Assembly: GCA_965637545.1 (NCBI GenBank)
Contig: OZ281500.1
Coordinates: 20,708,001 to 20,772,000 of the forward strand
From: Phallusia mammillata
Taxonomy: Eukaryota
Reading direction: 5' to 3'
DNA: 64,000 nucleotides
Within the stretch, counting starts at the first letter, position 1. Every line of letters starts with the position of its first letter. Both the position numbers and the translations under genes were made by a program. Below the pieces are notes generated by a model. That model was not told the origin of the DNA. It searched no databases and was given only the letters and a program-made list of their open reading frames with translations. Positions 49,001 through 63,967 of the stretch are shown here, one piece after another.

Positions 49001-52000
49001 AGGGTAATGCATTGGACAATGCTAATAGAATGCAAATACAAATTGTAGATAGGCCAATATGTGATATGTGTTTACAAGAACATGCAAAGTAATAAATCTA
49101 TCGCTATAAACTCTTAACTCCGATACGATAGAAAACCAGCATAATATGATAGAAACAGTTGAACAAACAACACCCTACAGGCTACGTTAAAATTGAATAC
49201 ACAATACAATTAAAAAATCACCTTCATCAGAAAACGATATGCAAACGCCATTAAAAGGGGCGATAATTAACAAAGTGACCCGTGTGTATATGGAAGCGGC
49301 ACCCATCAACAAACGTTAAACCGTGCAAAAAGCTTGCACCGTTTATGGCGTGAAAGCAGTAAATCGGATTTACAGCAGTCAAGCTTCGCAAGGTCGCCGA
49401 AGTGGTTTAATAGCTTTACGAGCGCTTAGCAGTTCAGCTTGTAAATGCAGGTGTTCGATCGAACTGGAAGAAAGGGATTACCTTTGTGACGTCATAAACT
49501 CCACTGCTTACGTCACAAGCGTAAATGGACGTGAAACCTATGGTGGTTAATTATTGAAAAGCAGATTGCCCGTTGTTCAACTATTCGCTCAGCACGCTAT
49601 TAGCAGGTTTAGCCAATTTATTTTTACACCGTTTGGGCCAAATACCAATTCCAAAAGGTCATTCAAACGCACAAATGCCAACAATAAACAAAAAACTACC
49701 AGCAACTATTAAAAAAACTACTTTTTCAACTGAAAAAACTTACCCTATGGTCACGTAATGTACATTTCTACAACATACACCATTACAACATAAACAGATT
49801 GGCTCATTTTTGTTGCAGTGCTTTAAAATACCTTGAGGTAATTTGAACTGACTGTCGTGTTTCCGTAACATCGTGCGTTGGGCCAGATCGTGCCTGCTAG
49901 CACGCTGAGCCCATGATGATGCAGAAGACAGAGTGGAGACCGTGGTTCCTGTGGACAAGGCGTCCAAATGCCGAGATACAGTGACCGGCTGGCGGATATA
50001 TGAGCCTGATGATGGTACATTGGGCATGGTGGCAACCACACATGAACACATTTGTGCCTGCTGGGCTCAGTGCCCTAGTATCTCCAATGGGTTTCAGATA
50101 CAGCTAGCTTTTGACTGCACAGAGCGATATCACTTGCGCTGAACGTTTACCTATAGCCTTACATGCTTTTGTAACGGTGATACTGCGCCTGTGTGGAAAA
50201 AGTAAACGGTCAACACGGTGGTTTTGCGTGTGGGAAACTCAAAAGAGAAAAGCGCACGACAAAAAGCACTGGCCGGCCTCAGCTGTTCCGGAAATAGTTT
50301 CTTGCACAAATGGTTGGTAAATTCCAACGACTGCATCAGTTTCAATGAGCTTATTAAGCACAAACGCACGTCCGTGCCAATTATATCCAAATCACTGAGT
50401 AATTTATGCAACAGATTTCTTTCAGTAAACTCTTAATGGGTAAAGGCTTTTTCGTCAAACGGAAGTAGGATAGAGCCTTAATGGAAGAATCAATGATTAC
50501 GAAAGTTGATTACGTGTGCATGACTCATCTGCTGCGCAACAATAGAATTGATGCATCGAGCTTAGTGACGAAACAAAAACAACAAAATCTCAATGAATAC
50601 AATGTCACACATGTGCAAATTTCAGGGACACATCGCATCGACTGTTATAACACACTTATATGAACAGAAGCATGTTTTCTATTACAATCTTTACTCAAGG
50701 TCAACTCGTCACTAGCTGCAATGATGATACCTTATAGGTCGAAACAATGTACACTGCCTGCAGCTTACAAATCTTTCCTCATACTTTTGAGCTTATAACC
50801 CCATAAAAACAGGACAGGCATGTTTTCCATAACAATCTTTCCTTACGGCCAATGTCTTGATACCAGCTGCACTGATGAGACCTTATATACATAAGCTTAC
50901 AAATCTTTCCTTGTTTTCGAGTTTAATCCATAACATTTAAAAGCCTGTTTTCTTAATTGGTACGGAGCTACGCTGGCATTATAAACCATCTGATAAAGGG
51001 CCTAATCCAAACGCATGTGTACCTAACCAATCCTTGTGTGTTAGCCTTACATCTGTCAGCTCAGAACTGTCAAACCTTCCAGCGTGCGCGGTGGCCTATA
51101 CTGGCACGCACGGGCCTTCTCAGAAGAGTCTCACACACTGTAGCCTGCGCATATCGATTGGCCTCGCACACAAATCGGTCAGCGCGAATCTCTGCCAAAT
51201 AAGGAGTGCGCTATTCACTGTTAGATACGTTGGTTGCAGTAGCACGCAGGCGGACAATAAGCACGTTGCGCTAATTGAGAGGCTAACGTTAGAACGGCTT
51301 GCTATGAGCTACGTAACGCGCCATAAGAAGAAGCAGAACCTGTTGACGCGTTACGCAATAAAAACCATTTGCACGTACCACGCATTTGCAAGAGGCACAT
51401 GTGTTGTTAAAATCCACATTGAACCTGTCATCAGGGTTGTATTCTTGTCTGACAGAACAGTGGGACCAGCCGGTGCTTTTTTGCTCGGTCAGGCCATAAA
51501 AAGATTACGCCACACGTACGGTATTGTAAATAAAGAAACGATATTGGTTTTATTTTATCTTTTCCAAAAAACAGTGTTAGACAAAACGCAGTTGAAAGAA
51601 ATGACCCATTATAATATCATCATTCATGAAGCTTTCAGAATTTGTGAATCACACCTATCAACACGTGGCTAAAAAGTAACTGAACCCGTAAAGAGGTCAA
51701 ACGAAAACATGCGAGTTCTTTTAAGGTGAAAAACAACGCGTTTATAAGGTAAACGAGTCAGCATTGCGAATGGGCAACCTGTAAGCGCCTTTAAACCTAA
51801 CTTGGGCACAGTGAATTGCCAGATCACCGCACACCGCAAAACGGCTGGGGGCAACGAAGACGTGACGTGCTTCACAAATTTGCACGATTTTTGTCTAACA
51901 GTCACGTGTGGGAACCAATGACAACGGAACTTACAACTAAGTCATTACGAATGACCACTTCCGGCTTGAGGGGAAAAGGTTACTTCGTTGACTAACTGCA

Positions 52001-55000
52001 AAATAAACGCCTTAAGGATCTGAATAAAGCTGTCTTGCGCCCTTATAATACATTCTCATCGAATTTCACAATCTGTAGCCTTTCATATCACCCCATTGGC
52101 GACAGGTTTATTAAGCCCGTTATCGAACCCCAATATTCGCTATCTCTTTGCGGGGATATAGGTAAATATCAGGCGCCCACTAAAATCTAACAATCTAGCG
52201 CTTTGTCATATACTGGAACGGGACAGTGAGAAAAGTATACGGCAGGCGCGCCCTGTTTCAAAGTCGAAAACCTGTCTTTAACGTGTCTGTGTGAAGTGGT
52301 GTGCAACCAGGCAAGGCTGTGTTGCAGTGAAACTTTAGCGAACACGATTTGACTGCAAGCTAAAGTATGCAGGACAATTCAAACAGTTGGCTTGGCAGAG
52401 CGATCCTAGGTGTTTTAAAGCGCAAACCATTAATATTGTTCGGTCAAAATTTTACTTTAAAAACCATGTAACTGCAATAATTAACATATTTTGGACAGTT
52501 TTACCTGAGGCTTGTACTAATTTGGTGACTGGTTCAACATTTAGATAACAACATAATATTGGATAAACCGTTACTCAAAGATATCTCTAAATGCTTCATG
52601 CTAAATTTCAGTTTGAAAATCATGTAAGAAACATAATTGCCATGTTCACATAGGTACATGTAACGCCAATACCCATTTGAAACCAGGTTCTACTTTTTTC
52701 CCTTAGATATACTGTTAGTAATTGTATCTCTCGATGCTAATGAACTAATTTCAGAAAAAACTGCACCAGAACGATAAACCATCTTACATTGGCTGTTAGC
52801 TTTCACTGTGCCTGCCTTAACGCACCTCACGCTAAACAACATATAACGTCCTTCAGATAATACTAATCCCACCCAACTAGTCTCTTTCGCCATTACGAGC
52901 ACCCCTGTACTGAAACAACAGCATCCGCAACGAATTAAAAGCCCCGTTGAGTGCAGTAACAGTTCATTAGCAGTGGTGTACAGGGCTGAGACAAAGCAAA
53001 CTGGCACATGCGGGCTCTCGACAAGCGCTGACGGGCTACTGAGCCGATTTAAACCGTCGACAGTGAAGTACCATCGCTACTGCACTTGGCTTGCGCTCCA
53101 GGGCGAAAGAGAAAGCGTGTTACGTCACACGCGTGTCGGGTGATTGCGATTGTTGATCTCATGGCTGCCACTGTGTTTGTCAAACAAAGCAACAGTGAAG
53201 AGGGTGCATTGCTCTGTTGGAAAACCTACTAGCGGACATGCAGATAGAACAGTGGCGGAATATTGACTGATCAGATTAAACGTGCATTTATTTGGGGATT
53301 CTATAAATAATAGGTATAAAAAATGCCTAAAATGCCGTCAGCATTTTTACGCGTTTAAATAGTAGATTGCGTATTTTCGAATTTTTAAGAAGCCTTTTAT
53401 ATGTGCGGCATCGATGACCGAATAAAGATTACGTATATACTCTGTTGCTTTGGCGACAACGGTTTGATATTATAAGGCGTTGTGATAAAGATATTTATAC
53501 TCTCGCATATGTGTCATTCATTTTGTCGTATTTAGAACTCTTCAGGCCTTAAAACCGCCTGAAACAACCCCATGAACAACCCATATGCATAACTTAGTCG
53601 AAAGTTCAAATGCTTTCAAAATTCATTGTAACCAGACTTTTAACATCCTTATCCAAACTAAATTGGGTAATACAGTATAAACCAAAACAAACAAGTTCTC
53701 GCCAATAAATACGTGTCTACGTACACAATCAACCAATAATCCCGATTCAATACAAAGGATCTACCATATAGGGAGGACAATCATAGCCAACGAGGCAATG
53801 TCGTTATCTGTAAGACGTCTTATTGACACACCAAGTGTGCTGAGAGTGAATCGAAAACGCTCGTCTGGCTGAGTAGAGCGGGAAGGGTTGCGCGGGTTTA
53901 TACAAGACTTCGGTTGTTTTTGTTCCGAAGCGATTAAGTGCAAAACGGGATAGTCGGAAAAGGGTAGGAGTGTTTTATTGACCCTGAGAAGAAGCTACAT
54001 TGGCAAGGCTGTAGCTGAAGGCCGGTTCATCAAACAGCCATGTTCACTTTTATGTTGGGTATAGTCAAGCACTTAATAGGCTACAACGCTAAGACCAAGT
54101 GCTCATATCAAGCCGATGCTTACAGCCCGTTGTTTTCCCACCGGATTTAAGCAGCGTTTAGGCTTTATCCTTAGCCGTCATACTTTGAAAATGCCATAAG
54201 TCAACGTAATATCAAACTCAGCCCGTGCCTTCGACCTCTGACGTCAGGATACGCGTCAGTGCGCACCGCACCACGCAGTGATTCAGGCTGGCGCTAAATA
54301 TACGCGCCTCACATGGCTGCATGCGTGGGAAGGATAATACACAAAGACCTACTTGCAAAACACGCGTGCTGCAAAATCCAATGCAGTTGCGCCATTGATA
54401 AAATATAACGCCTCGTAAAATATATTGTGCAACGTCACGCATCATTGGCGCAACGTCACGAGTTATGACGGGGAAAACCCTTAAAGTTTTGTTTCCTGTG
54501 CGACCAACGACGTATTTTACCCCGAAAAGGCAATCAGGGGCATCGAATTGCATTTGGTAACCCCGGAATGACGCGTTTAATATCAAATGATGACGCGCGT
54601 CGTTCCACGAAAGGCCAACTCTCTAGAAACCTTACACAAGATTCGCACTCCATTGACTTCTTAGATGCTTCATTTACCCTACTGCTAAAACCAAATCTAT
54701 ACACTATTCAATGTATATATGGAAAGGTGCTGTTTTAACGTAAGTCGACTATTTAAGGTTTGGGTAGGCCAATTTTTTTTAGTCGACACAATCATAAATT
54801 TGAAGTCATGCAACCCTTCGTGTAAAAAATAAACTCATAACTGGGATGGGCCCTGAATCGTTGATGCAGACCAGCGATCACGACACACTCATATACATAA
54901 CATAGTACACCAGGCCCATTAAAGGCGTTATACCGAATCAGCTGGTCACCAAGCATTCGCATTCTTCTACTTCTTTAAAACAAAGTCTACACCGTTACCA

Positions 55001-58000
55001 ACAGTACGTGTGCTATTTGTACACATTACTTTTAAACTTTTAAGGTCTAGATTCAGTAACACCTTGAACATATTTGGCTCAAATGAAGCAAGACCGTAAA
55101 ATTACACCTTAGTGACCAGTTATTACTAGAAAAGCAACCTACCATACCACGAACTACGAACCACAAAGGTATGCTAAGCAACTGCGCGGTTCTATGCTAT
55201 TCCCCAGGGCTTAGGCTTCGCGACAACGTTGGAAACAACGAACCAAACAGATGGAACGTGGTTCCCGTATATGGCTCTGAAAACAAGGGTTCGATTTCGC
55301 AAGATACCAATAGTTACTGAAGTAGAGATCATAGCAAAATTGATCTGCATTACCGATTGGGCTTAAACTCAATAAAAAGTGCAAAAAACAATGGTTGGCT
55401 GTTCGCCGACCAGAATAGGTACACCAAAAACTCAACGCATGTTCACACCATGTTTCATAACAAACGCATTGTATAAGTTTCGCTTAAACCGCCCTATTAG
55501 TCTAAATTTAAAACATGTTGTAAAGGGTAAAACACGAGACAGGGTCATTATTTTTTAGTAGCACGTAGCATTTTACTTAAACAAGCGAGATTAGCAATTC
55601 TAAATAAATTTCCAAAAAACACAAGTTTTGCCCAAAGCCAGAGCTATTCAGTTGGGTCGGTTAAATTGCAATTCATGATCTGACTTAAATTTAGTACAGC
55701 AAAAAAACAAGTCGCGCACCACCGTAAAAGTTCCGGCGAACCACAGGTTGTGAACCACTGGTCTAATAGCGATACTTCAAAAAAAAACGGTTGACTGAAA
55801 ACCGAACCTGTTGATCAACAGACTTGGGCCACTTTCTTGCTACAGTTACACAAGCACAAATGGTAATATTATATTCAGTCATAACGACGGGTGCTAGAGT
55901 CACGAAATGAGACATGAACGTCGAGACGTTGCCACGCAACCAGTAATTAGCCTTCCATCAACATTTGCGTGACTTATATTTATTTAATTAAACTGCATAC
56001 CGCCTGGACAACGAAACTGAAAATTAAGGCTACAGAAAGTCAAGGCAACTGTTGGTATGATCGCCAAGGCCCTACGCAACAGCAACATGGCAAAGTAAAG
56101 AACTGAAACGTATAGTTTAATGCGAAACATAACGGCCCAAATAGGCGTAAAAAAGCGAAATGATTTATTATTATATCACTGATAATGGCATGAGCATTTG
56201 CCAAAACGTTTGATTAATAAAGCACAGTGGCGTAGCCAGGGAGGGGCCAAAGCTCCCAAATTTTCAAAGTTGTACATTGATAAACTTAAATTTAGTGTAG
56301 TTTCGTCTCTCAACTGTCAAAGGAATATATAAATTACCAAAAATGATTTTTGTCACCAAGTTGTATGCCGAAATCCATGCTATTTATGCAGACATGGAAT
56401 AAATCAATAAAGCGTTTGGCTGTCCCGTCGAACCACGTACAGTTTGTCAAGTCACGTTTTTGGTAAAAGCATGCCGAGCGTTAGCAAAAAGTTGTATTAG
56501 ACATCAAATTATTTGGCCCCTCTCAAACTTTTTGGCTGCCTACGCCATTGATAAAGCATGTCGCTTTTTACGGCTGTTTGGGCCGTCATTTTCTCATTAA
56601 ACTTATGAACAGATCCGTGTACTGTTTCAGAAACATATTGAATTTAAAATTTATATTTTTTTTTTCTAAACATTTCTTCACAGTTTCCTATTTACAATAG
56701 GTTCTGTCCATAACGCATTAAATTGACATTAAACTTTTTGGCAAACATTTATACTGTGTGCTTTGTCCCTAAGACGTCGTTGAAAGTTAGTTTAATTTTA
56801 GAGCCAGACACCTGAGTATTGACACTGTCGATTTTGAGACGAACGCAGTCTAACTCTAAACAATACAACAGGTAACCTGTCAAGAAGCAGGGATAGTTCA
56901 GGAAAACCACAACCACAAACGGTTTGCCTTTCGTCTCGCCAAAACGCCTAACGAATATATAACTAGACATATATGCAACCTACTAAGGCAGGATTCCCAA
57001 CCTTTTTCGACGAATTTCTTCCTTAACAAAATACTATATAGTCGATCCTAAGGCATACAAAGATCATTTACAATTGGGTATTTTATCAACTTCACAGGTT
57101 ATATTTCCAGAGCTTAAGTGTCTATTTTCAAACCACCTGTAAAAATTAAAGTAAATTCCTCCCCTTAAGTTTCAAAATTCCTCCCCGGTTGGGAACTACT
57201 GTACTAATGCCAAAGACTAAACAAAAAAGCGCCTGTTTTGTTTTCAAAAAATATCTGAAAATTGCAATCAAGCACTGATTTAACGTCTAAAACTTTTTAG
57301 TGTTGATTCAAAGGCAACCAAAACATATTGAAAGAACAACAAAACCCGTTGGTGCAAATTGAGTTGTATTCGGTCTGTCGCTTGTCAATAGCGTAAGCCG
57401 CGTTCAAACAAAATGTGAACAGAAACAATAGCATCCGTTTCCTGTGGTCCGTTGGATTACTCGCAGTATGTGTATAAATAACACATGAACTTGATGACCC
57501 TGTACATTTAAGAAAAAAATCGCCGGTACTCTGAGCCTGGCAACAGGTACTTAAGTGACATGCTTTCTTTTTTCAATACAGTCAACGAGACAAAAAGAAC
57601 GGAAATTTTCGACCAAAATTGCCTCATCTTGGCATAAAACCATATGCAGTGTGGGAAACTGTCATTTTGGGGCACAAAGGCAGCCAGAAAAAACTGAAAG
57701 TGTCTTTTGATACGGGTGTTGGTATTTGTTGGAAATACAAATTCAAACTTAGTAGTAGCATTTGTGGAAACATTAACGATGAAACGCATGCAATTTTGGC
57801 TACCTCGTGAATTTTTAATACAGCCTTCCACTTTGCTTTGGTCCATTAGAGTCAAGCGAGCATGAAGATACAGGCGAAAGTGCAGGGGCCAAAGCATTAG
57901 TTGACATGCATTTTTTTAACGATGATCTAAATTTTAACGAAAAACTATACGTCGCCTGTAACATCATTGTTAACTGATTAAGCCTATCGGTTAGTGTTTA

Positions 58001-60290
58001 TGTGAAAAAAATTCGACCATTTTAATACACCGCCTTTAAAATATGATTGAATGCCTTTCAAATCCGTTTAGGAGCTAAAAGTGTTTTTTTGAAAAAAAAA
58101 ATTTATTCTTTAAATTTTGTTTAATTAACAACCGAAAACTTTGCATTAGTAAAGAACAGCCTTCCCAAACAAACAGTCAAGGTTGTTAACCTAGTTCAAA
58201 CCTCAGAAAGTGTCACTTTTTTTGCCGAACACAAGCCTTTAGTTGTTAAGCCTCAAATATCATGACACGAAGTCCATAAATTTGACCCCTCTGCCTGCGT
58301 CTGAGCTTTTTCCAATCACAATAGCAAAATACAAACGAACACTGACCTCCAAACTTCTTGACAATCTGCAGGTTGTCAGTAGCGAGACTTGTCTGTCTGG
58401 GGAGGATCAACGCAGCTCCTTTTACCGCAAAGAAATTCTCACTTACACTCCTGCAAATGTATTTGCAAAAGGAGCATTGTCGAAAAATGTTACTGTTGGT
58501 TATGGAAAAAAGGCTAAAAGCATAGGTCAGTGGTGGCATTCAGTCGATAATGTTTTGAAAATAACTTAAGTTTTTGCGTTTTAGCATCTTAAGTTTCTGT
58601 AAAAGACTTGATGATCACTTTTCCAAGTTGCTAGAAGTTTCAAACTATGAATGCTTATAAATGGAACCATCATGGCATGGGTACAATTAACATGCAGTGA
58701 TGATTAAATTTGCACAAAAAGTACACAAAAACACACGTGAAACACTCAAAAACTACGTGTCTAAAGAGAAGTTACGTTGTCCATAACGAAATACAGTTAA
58801 CCTCAGTTAATGCCGACCGGTTCGGACCAAAAAAAGGTCCGGATGAGGCAAAGATCCGAATTAACCGATTTTGATTGTTTAAAGCCTCACCACATAACAA
58901 ATCAAGCCTTACCACATACCGAGATTTACTGTATTTCGAAAGTAAATGGCACACGCGCACCACCTAGCGGTAAATTGATGTTGCGCGCGATTGGTGACGA
59001 TTCGGCGACACAGAAAAGTAAACAACAAAACAAGGCGCTGCAAACGAGGCACTGGACGTAGCAGGAAGTAAGGGCGGTAAAAACTGCGCTGCTTGCGTTG
59101 TGACATGAGCCATCCCTAACCTGACGTTTATAACCATACAATGCATTGTGTCCCTTTCTTACCAGAAATTACTGAAAGACTAAAACCTTAACGGTTACAT
59201 GTAGCTATGAATTAAATATTAATGTAGAGGCATTTGGTTGGAATGAAATCTTGTAAAAATGAATTAAAATTGACATGTGTTTCCTTTTTTCAATAGTGGT
59301 GCCACTGACAGCACAGTTGACATTACAGTGCCCCAATTTGATGTGTATTATTAACTCTTGGCTGTTTAGTAAACTGCATTGTATGATATGACACATAAGG
59401 CCTCGGTAATTTTTGTCTTACCCCTGTCTGACTAATCTCTTGGACTTAGCTGGGGAGTCTATGCAAGGCACAACATCACCCTTTTCCGCTTTTTCATCAT
59501 CTTCAAGTTCATCCTGCAAGTTAAAACATTTTTAAAGTCTTCACAATGATCAACAGTTCAAATGCAAATATGTTTTGTATAAATGATAAATACAATTTTT
59601 ATTGTTCACGTCAATAGTTTCAAAACAAGTTATATATGCTATACACAGCTATTTTGGGCACAAAAATGTGGTTTCAAAACACTGTAAAGGGTTGTTTGTG
59701 TGTGTGTTAGCTCTATCACACACATCAATTCATCATGAGTACTTTGCTCATGTGAATACACGGAAGAAAAAGTGAACCACCTCTTCCTGTTTGATGCCAT
59801 GCATTGAATTTCTAGTAAAAGTGAGCTAAGCAGCTTTTAATAAATTGCAGGGTGAAATCTCCAAACATCGATACACAATAGGTACACAAGACAGTGACTT
59901 AAATTGTAGCTTTAGTAAAAACCAAATTGCCAGCGATGTAGAATAAAACGTATTCATTTTATTAAACAGACAAAACCAATTGTCATCATGAGTGAAAATA
60001 TATTTTGGTTTTAATACACAATAGTTACGTACTATAGTTAAAAATAGGTAATTTTTTATTGCTACCATAAAAGGGTAATATTGTTGTCATAAGGGTTATA
60101 CAAAATCTGTCAACAGCTGTAAATTTCCCAACCGAAATTGAATTACATCAAATGATTTTGGATGGCCAAGCCTTTAATCTAGTAGCTACATCCAACTAAC
60201 ACACTTAAACAAAATGACATAGCTTACAGTAATAGATGAAGAATCTGATTCAGACACTGAGGGGCTTCGTTGAACTGTTACCAATGCCAT
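31002..60290 (-). CDS. SSH: Slingshot-family dual-specificity (cofilin) phosphatase, ~1289 aa
   Basis: Exons 60290-60228, 59513-59422, 58450-58347, 46094-46030, 45662-45472, 44731-44666, 41294-41109, 38779-38662, 38054-37903, 37117-36770, 36148-35932, 35369-35252, 34516-34333, 33252-32226, 31940-31002 join in frame. N-terminus MALVTVQRSP, FAVKGAALILP, AVRLES..GRQDTDES, KPVSVQAMWSAL, DEK-C-like helix, LYLGSEWNA, catalytic VHCKMGISRSG, long Ser/Pro-rich tail. Confidence 0.97.
31986..32195. mobile_element. hAT (Charlie-like) MITE, family D, filling most of the last SSH intron
   Basis: Ends CAGTGGTTCCCAA / AAGAGCCACTG; flanks TCCTATCA / GCCTATCA (7/8). Confidence 0.75.
33267..33481. mobile_element. 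hAT-type MITE, family C, 14 nt from an SSH splice acceptor
   Basis: Ends CAGAGTAAG / TTACAACTCTG; flanks ATCGACAT / AGCGACAT (7/8). Confidence 0.8.
34641..34810. mobile_element. Pogo/Tigger-like MITE, copy 1
   Basis: TIR CAGTAAACCTCGGT / ACCGAGGTTTACTG; homologous copy at 63385-63543. TA target site is not intact here. Confidence 0.75.
34995..35042 (+). ncRNA. Type I hammerhead ribozyme motif, copy 1 (GAAA core mutated to GAAT)
   Basis: CTGCA-CTGATGA-GACC tcata GGTC-GAAT-CTGTG tg CACTG-TC-TGCAG: stem I, core, stem II, stem III and a GUC cleavage triplet ending at 35037. Confidence 0.8.
38195..38275. mobile_element. MITE family C fragment
   Basis: TTTCGGGCTTGTACTTTCGGGTTCG is identical to sequence inside 22421-22749. 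Confidence 0.65.
38867..39234. mobile_element. hAT-type MITE, family C, intact copy
   Basis: Perfect TIR CAGAGTTGCAAG / CTTGCAACTCTG and perfect 8-bp TSD GTGTGGCT. Confidence 0.92.
39277..39326 (+). ncRNA. Type I hammerhead ribozyme motif, copy 2 (degenerate)
   Basis: AGCTGCA-CTGATGA-GACC tttta GGTC-AAAA-CAGTG tg TACTG-T-GCAGCT; GAAA changed to AAAA and the cleavage-site C is deleted. Confidence 0.75.
41372..41436. repeat. Unclassified dispersed repeat, second copy at 54867-54945
   Basis: GCAGACCAGCGATCACG(G/A)CACA..AGTAC(G/A)CCAGG..ATT(G/A)AAGGCGTT..ACCGAA shared between the two SSH intronic sites. Confidence 0.7.
42035..43719 (-). mobile_element. Internally deleted hAT DNA transposon retaining the C-terminal part of the transposase
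   Basis: TIRs CATGGGCGCAACTAG / CTAGTTGCGCCACTG, perfect 8-bp TSD TGTGCAAT; ORF 42490-43638 has RWVERHDAV and the hAT dimerisation motif VPCTTASVERTFSDLKRLKTYLR. Confidence 0.92.
44265..44460. repeat. Imperfect tandem duplication, period about 110 nt
   Basis: ATATTGTAATCT(A/G)CATTATAATTTTGATTTATT occurs at about 44282 and 44392 with homologous flanks. Confidence 0.7.
48123..48481. mobile_element. hAT-type MITE, family E
   Basis: Ends CAGGGTTGCTAT / ATGGCAACCCATG; perfect 8-bp TSD CTTATAAG. Confidence 0.85.
49832..50051 (-). CDS. Candidate alternative first coding exon of SSH
   Basis: ATG at 50051 (second ATG 50027) opens 73 codons, MCSCVVATMPNVPSSGSY..RKHDSQFKLPQ, ending at a phase-1 donor CAAG|GTATTT that fits the exon at 46094. 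Confidence 0.55.
50670..50960 (+). ncRNA. Tandem dimer (~148-nt unit) carrying hammerhead motifs, retrozyme-like
   Basis: Unit start GCATGTTTTC at 50670 and 50818; hammerhead copy 3 at 50714-50765 (AGCTGCA-ATGATGA-TACC ttata GGTC-GAAAC..ACACTG-CC-TGCAGCT) and truncated copy 4 at 50865-50887 (AGCTGCA-CTGATGA-GACC ttata); both followed by GCTTACAAATCTTTCC. Confidence 0.75.
56225..56550. mobile_element. hAT-type MITE, family A, copy 2
   Basis: Ends CAGTGGCGTAG / CTACGCCATTG, perfect TSD ATAAAGCA; reverse complement of 2565-2925. Confidence 0.9.
56989..57201. mobile_element. hAT (Charlie-like) MITE, family D
   Basis: Ends CAGGATTCCCAACC / GGTTGGGAACTACTG; flanks TACTAAGG / TACTAATG (7/8). Confidence 0.75.
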
Positions 60291-61079
60291 TGTTGTTACA
60301 GCAATTGTAGGCTGACCACAGCAAAATAAAGTTGACTCACTGCACAAGGGCAGGATTCAAAATGCTAGCAGCATACAAATAAAATTTCTACCAATTATAT
60401 AAACCTGGAAGTTAAAATTTTTGTTATCAAAAGTTGTAAACTCTAGGCATAATTTGTCAACAAAAAAGGTATATATAAGACATTTTTTTGCAATCCTACA
60501 AAGTGTGGACTAATGCTTTTGTGTTCCTTATTTCTTTGTAAACGTTTGCTATAATGCAAAGATGTGATTTTTTTCAGTTTGCAAATAACAACCAAATTCG
60601 TTTTAACAAACATTTAAGCCACTGTTAAGAATTAAACTTCAAAAACTAAATGAAAAGTTGTAGTGAAAAATCAGTTCAAAACCGAACTGATATTTTTACA
60701 CATGAAATTTAAATAAAGTTTGACAGTGACTTTTACCAGAAATATAATCTTTGCAGAGTATGTTTTGTATTTGGTCTACTAGTAGATACCTAAACACCAT
60801 TACAGCTTATCGCATTTGTACTACCTTTGAAAATCGAGAACACAACGTTAACAAACGAAACAATACAAAAAATATCAAAGCAGTTTCCTAAAATGCAAAT
60901 TCGTAAATCAGGACAAAAAACAAATAGCCACCTATTAAATGTCGATTATCGCAGCACAATTTAGACCTCTAAACTAAATTAGTATCAAAATTGAAACTGA
61001 ACAACAACCTTAATCTGCAGCTTGTACGAAAAAATGCCCAAAACGTGCAGACACGCAACATCACAACATTTTGTTCAAC

Positions 61080-61410
61080 CAAAACATAATTTTTCTTTTA
61101 CCAGTCCATGTTCTGCTAATTTACGGTCCCATAGCGGCCCTTAGCGGTTAAATGCATTTATGTTGTGAGTTTTTTTAATTAATCAATACGTTTTCTATAA
61201 ATAATAAATATTTTACTCAAAACTGTTAAATTAGCTGTATATTTTGCCAAAAGAATTTTATGTTTGATCTAATAAAGTTTAAACAAATAATGGTTGAAAA
61301 TAAACTTTCGGTAAATGAAAAATATTTACCCAAGAATAAAAATATCCTTGATCCCAAAACTCATGTCTCTGCATTTGCGAAATGGGATCCAGATAATGTC
61401 CTTTTTGTGA
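61080..61410. promoter_or_regulatory. Shared divergent promoter region for SSH and RPS6; TOP-like pyrimidine tract near 61399-61406
   Basis: SSH 5' UTR acceptor at 60404 and a candidate non-coding exon near 61009-61080 on -; TCCTTTTT lies about 40 nt before the RPS6 ATG on +. Confidence 0.5.
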
Positions 61411-61443
61411 GTACGCCGAAGTGGGTGTACGAGTTTTGCGAAA

Positions 61444-63967
<2,524 letters not shown>

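Noticed and set aside
51034-51672. 212-codon plus-strand ORF in an SSH intron
   Set aside because: Non-ATG start, no recognisable motif and no supporting splice sites.
52690-53007. Minus-strand ORF as another SSH alternative exon
   Set aside because: Starts at GTG after an in-frame stop, has no phase-compatible acceptor and only a weak donor.
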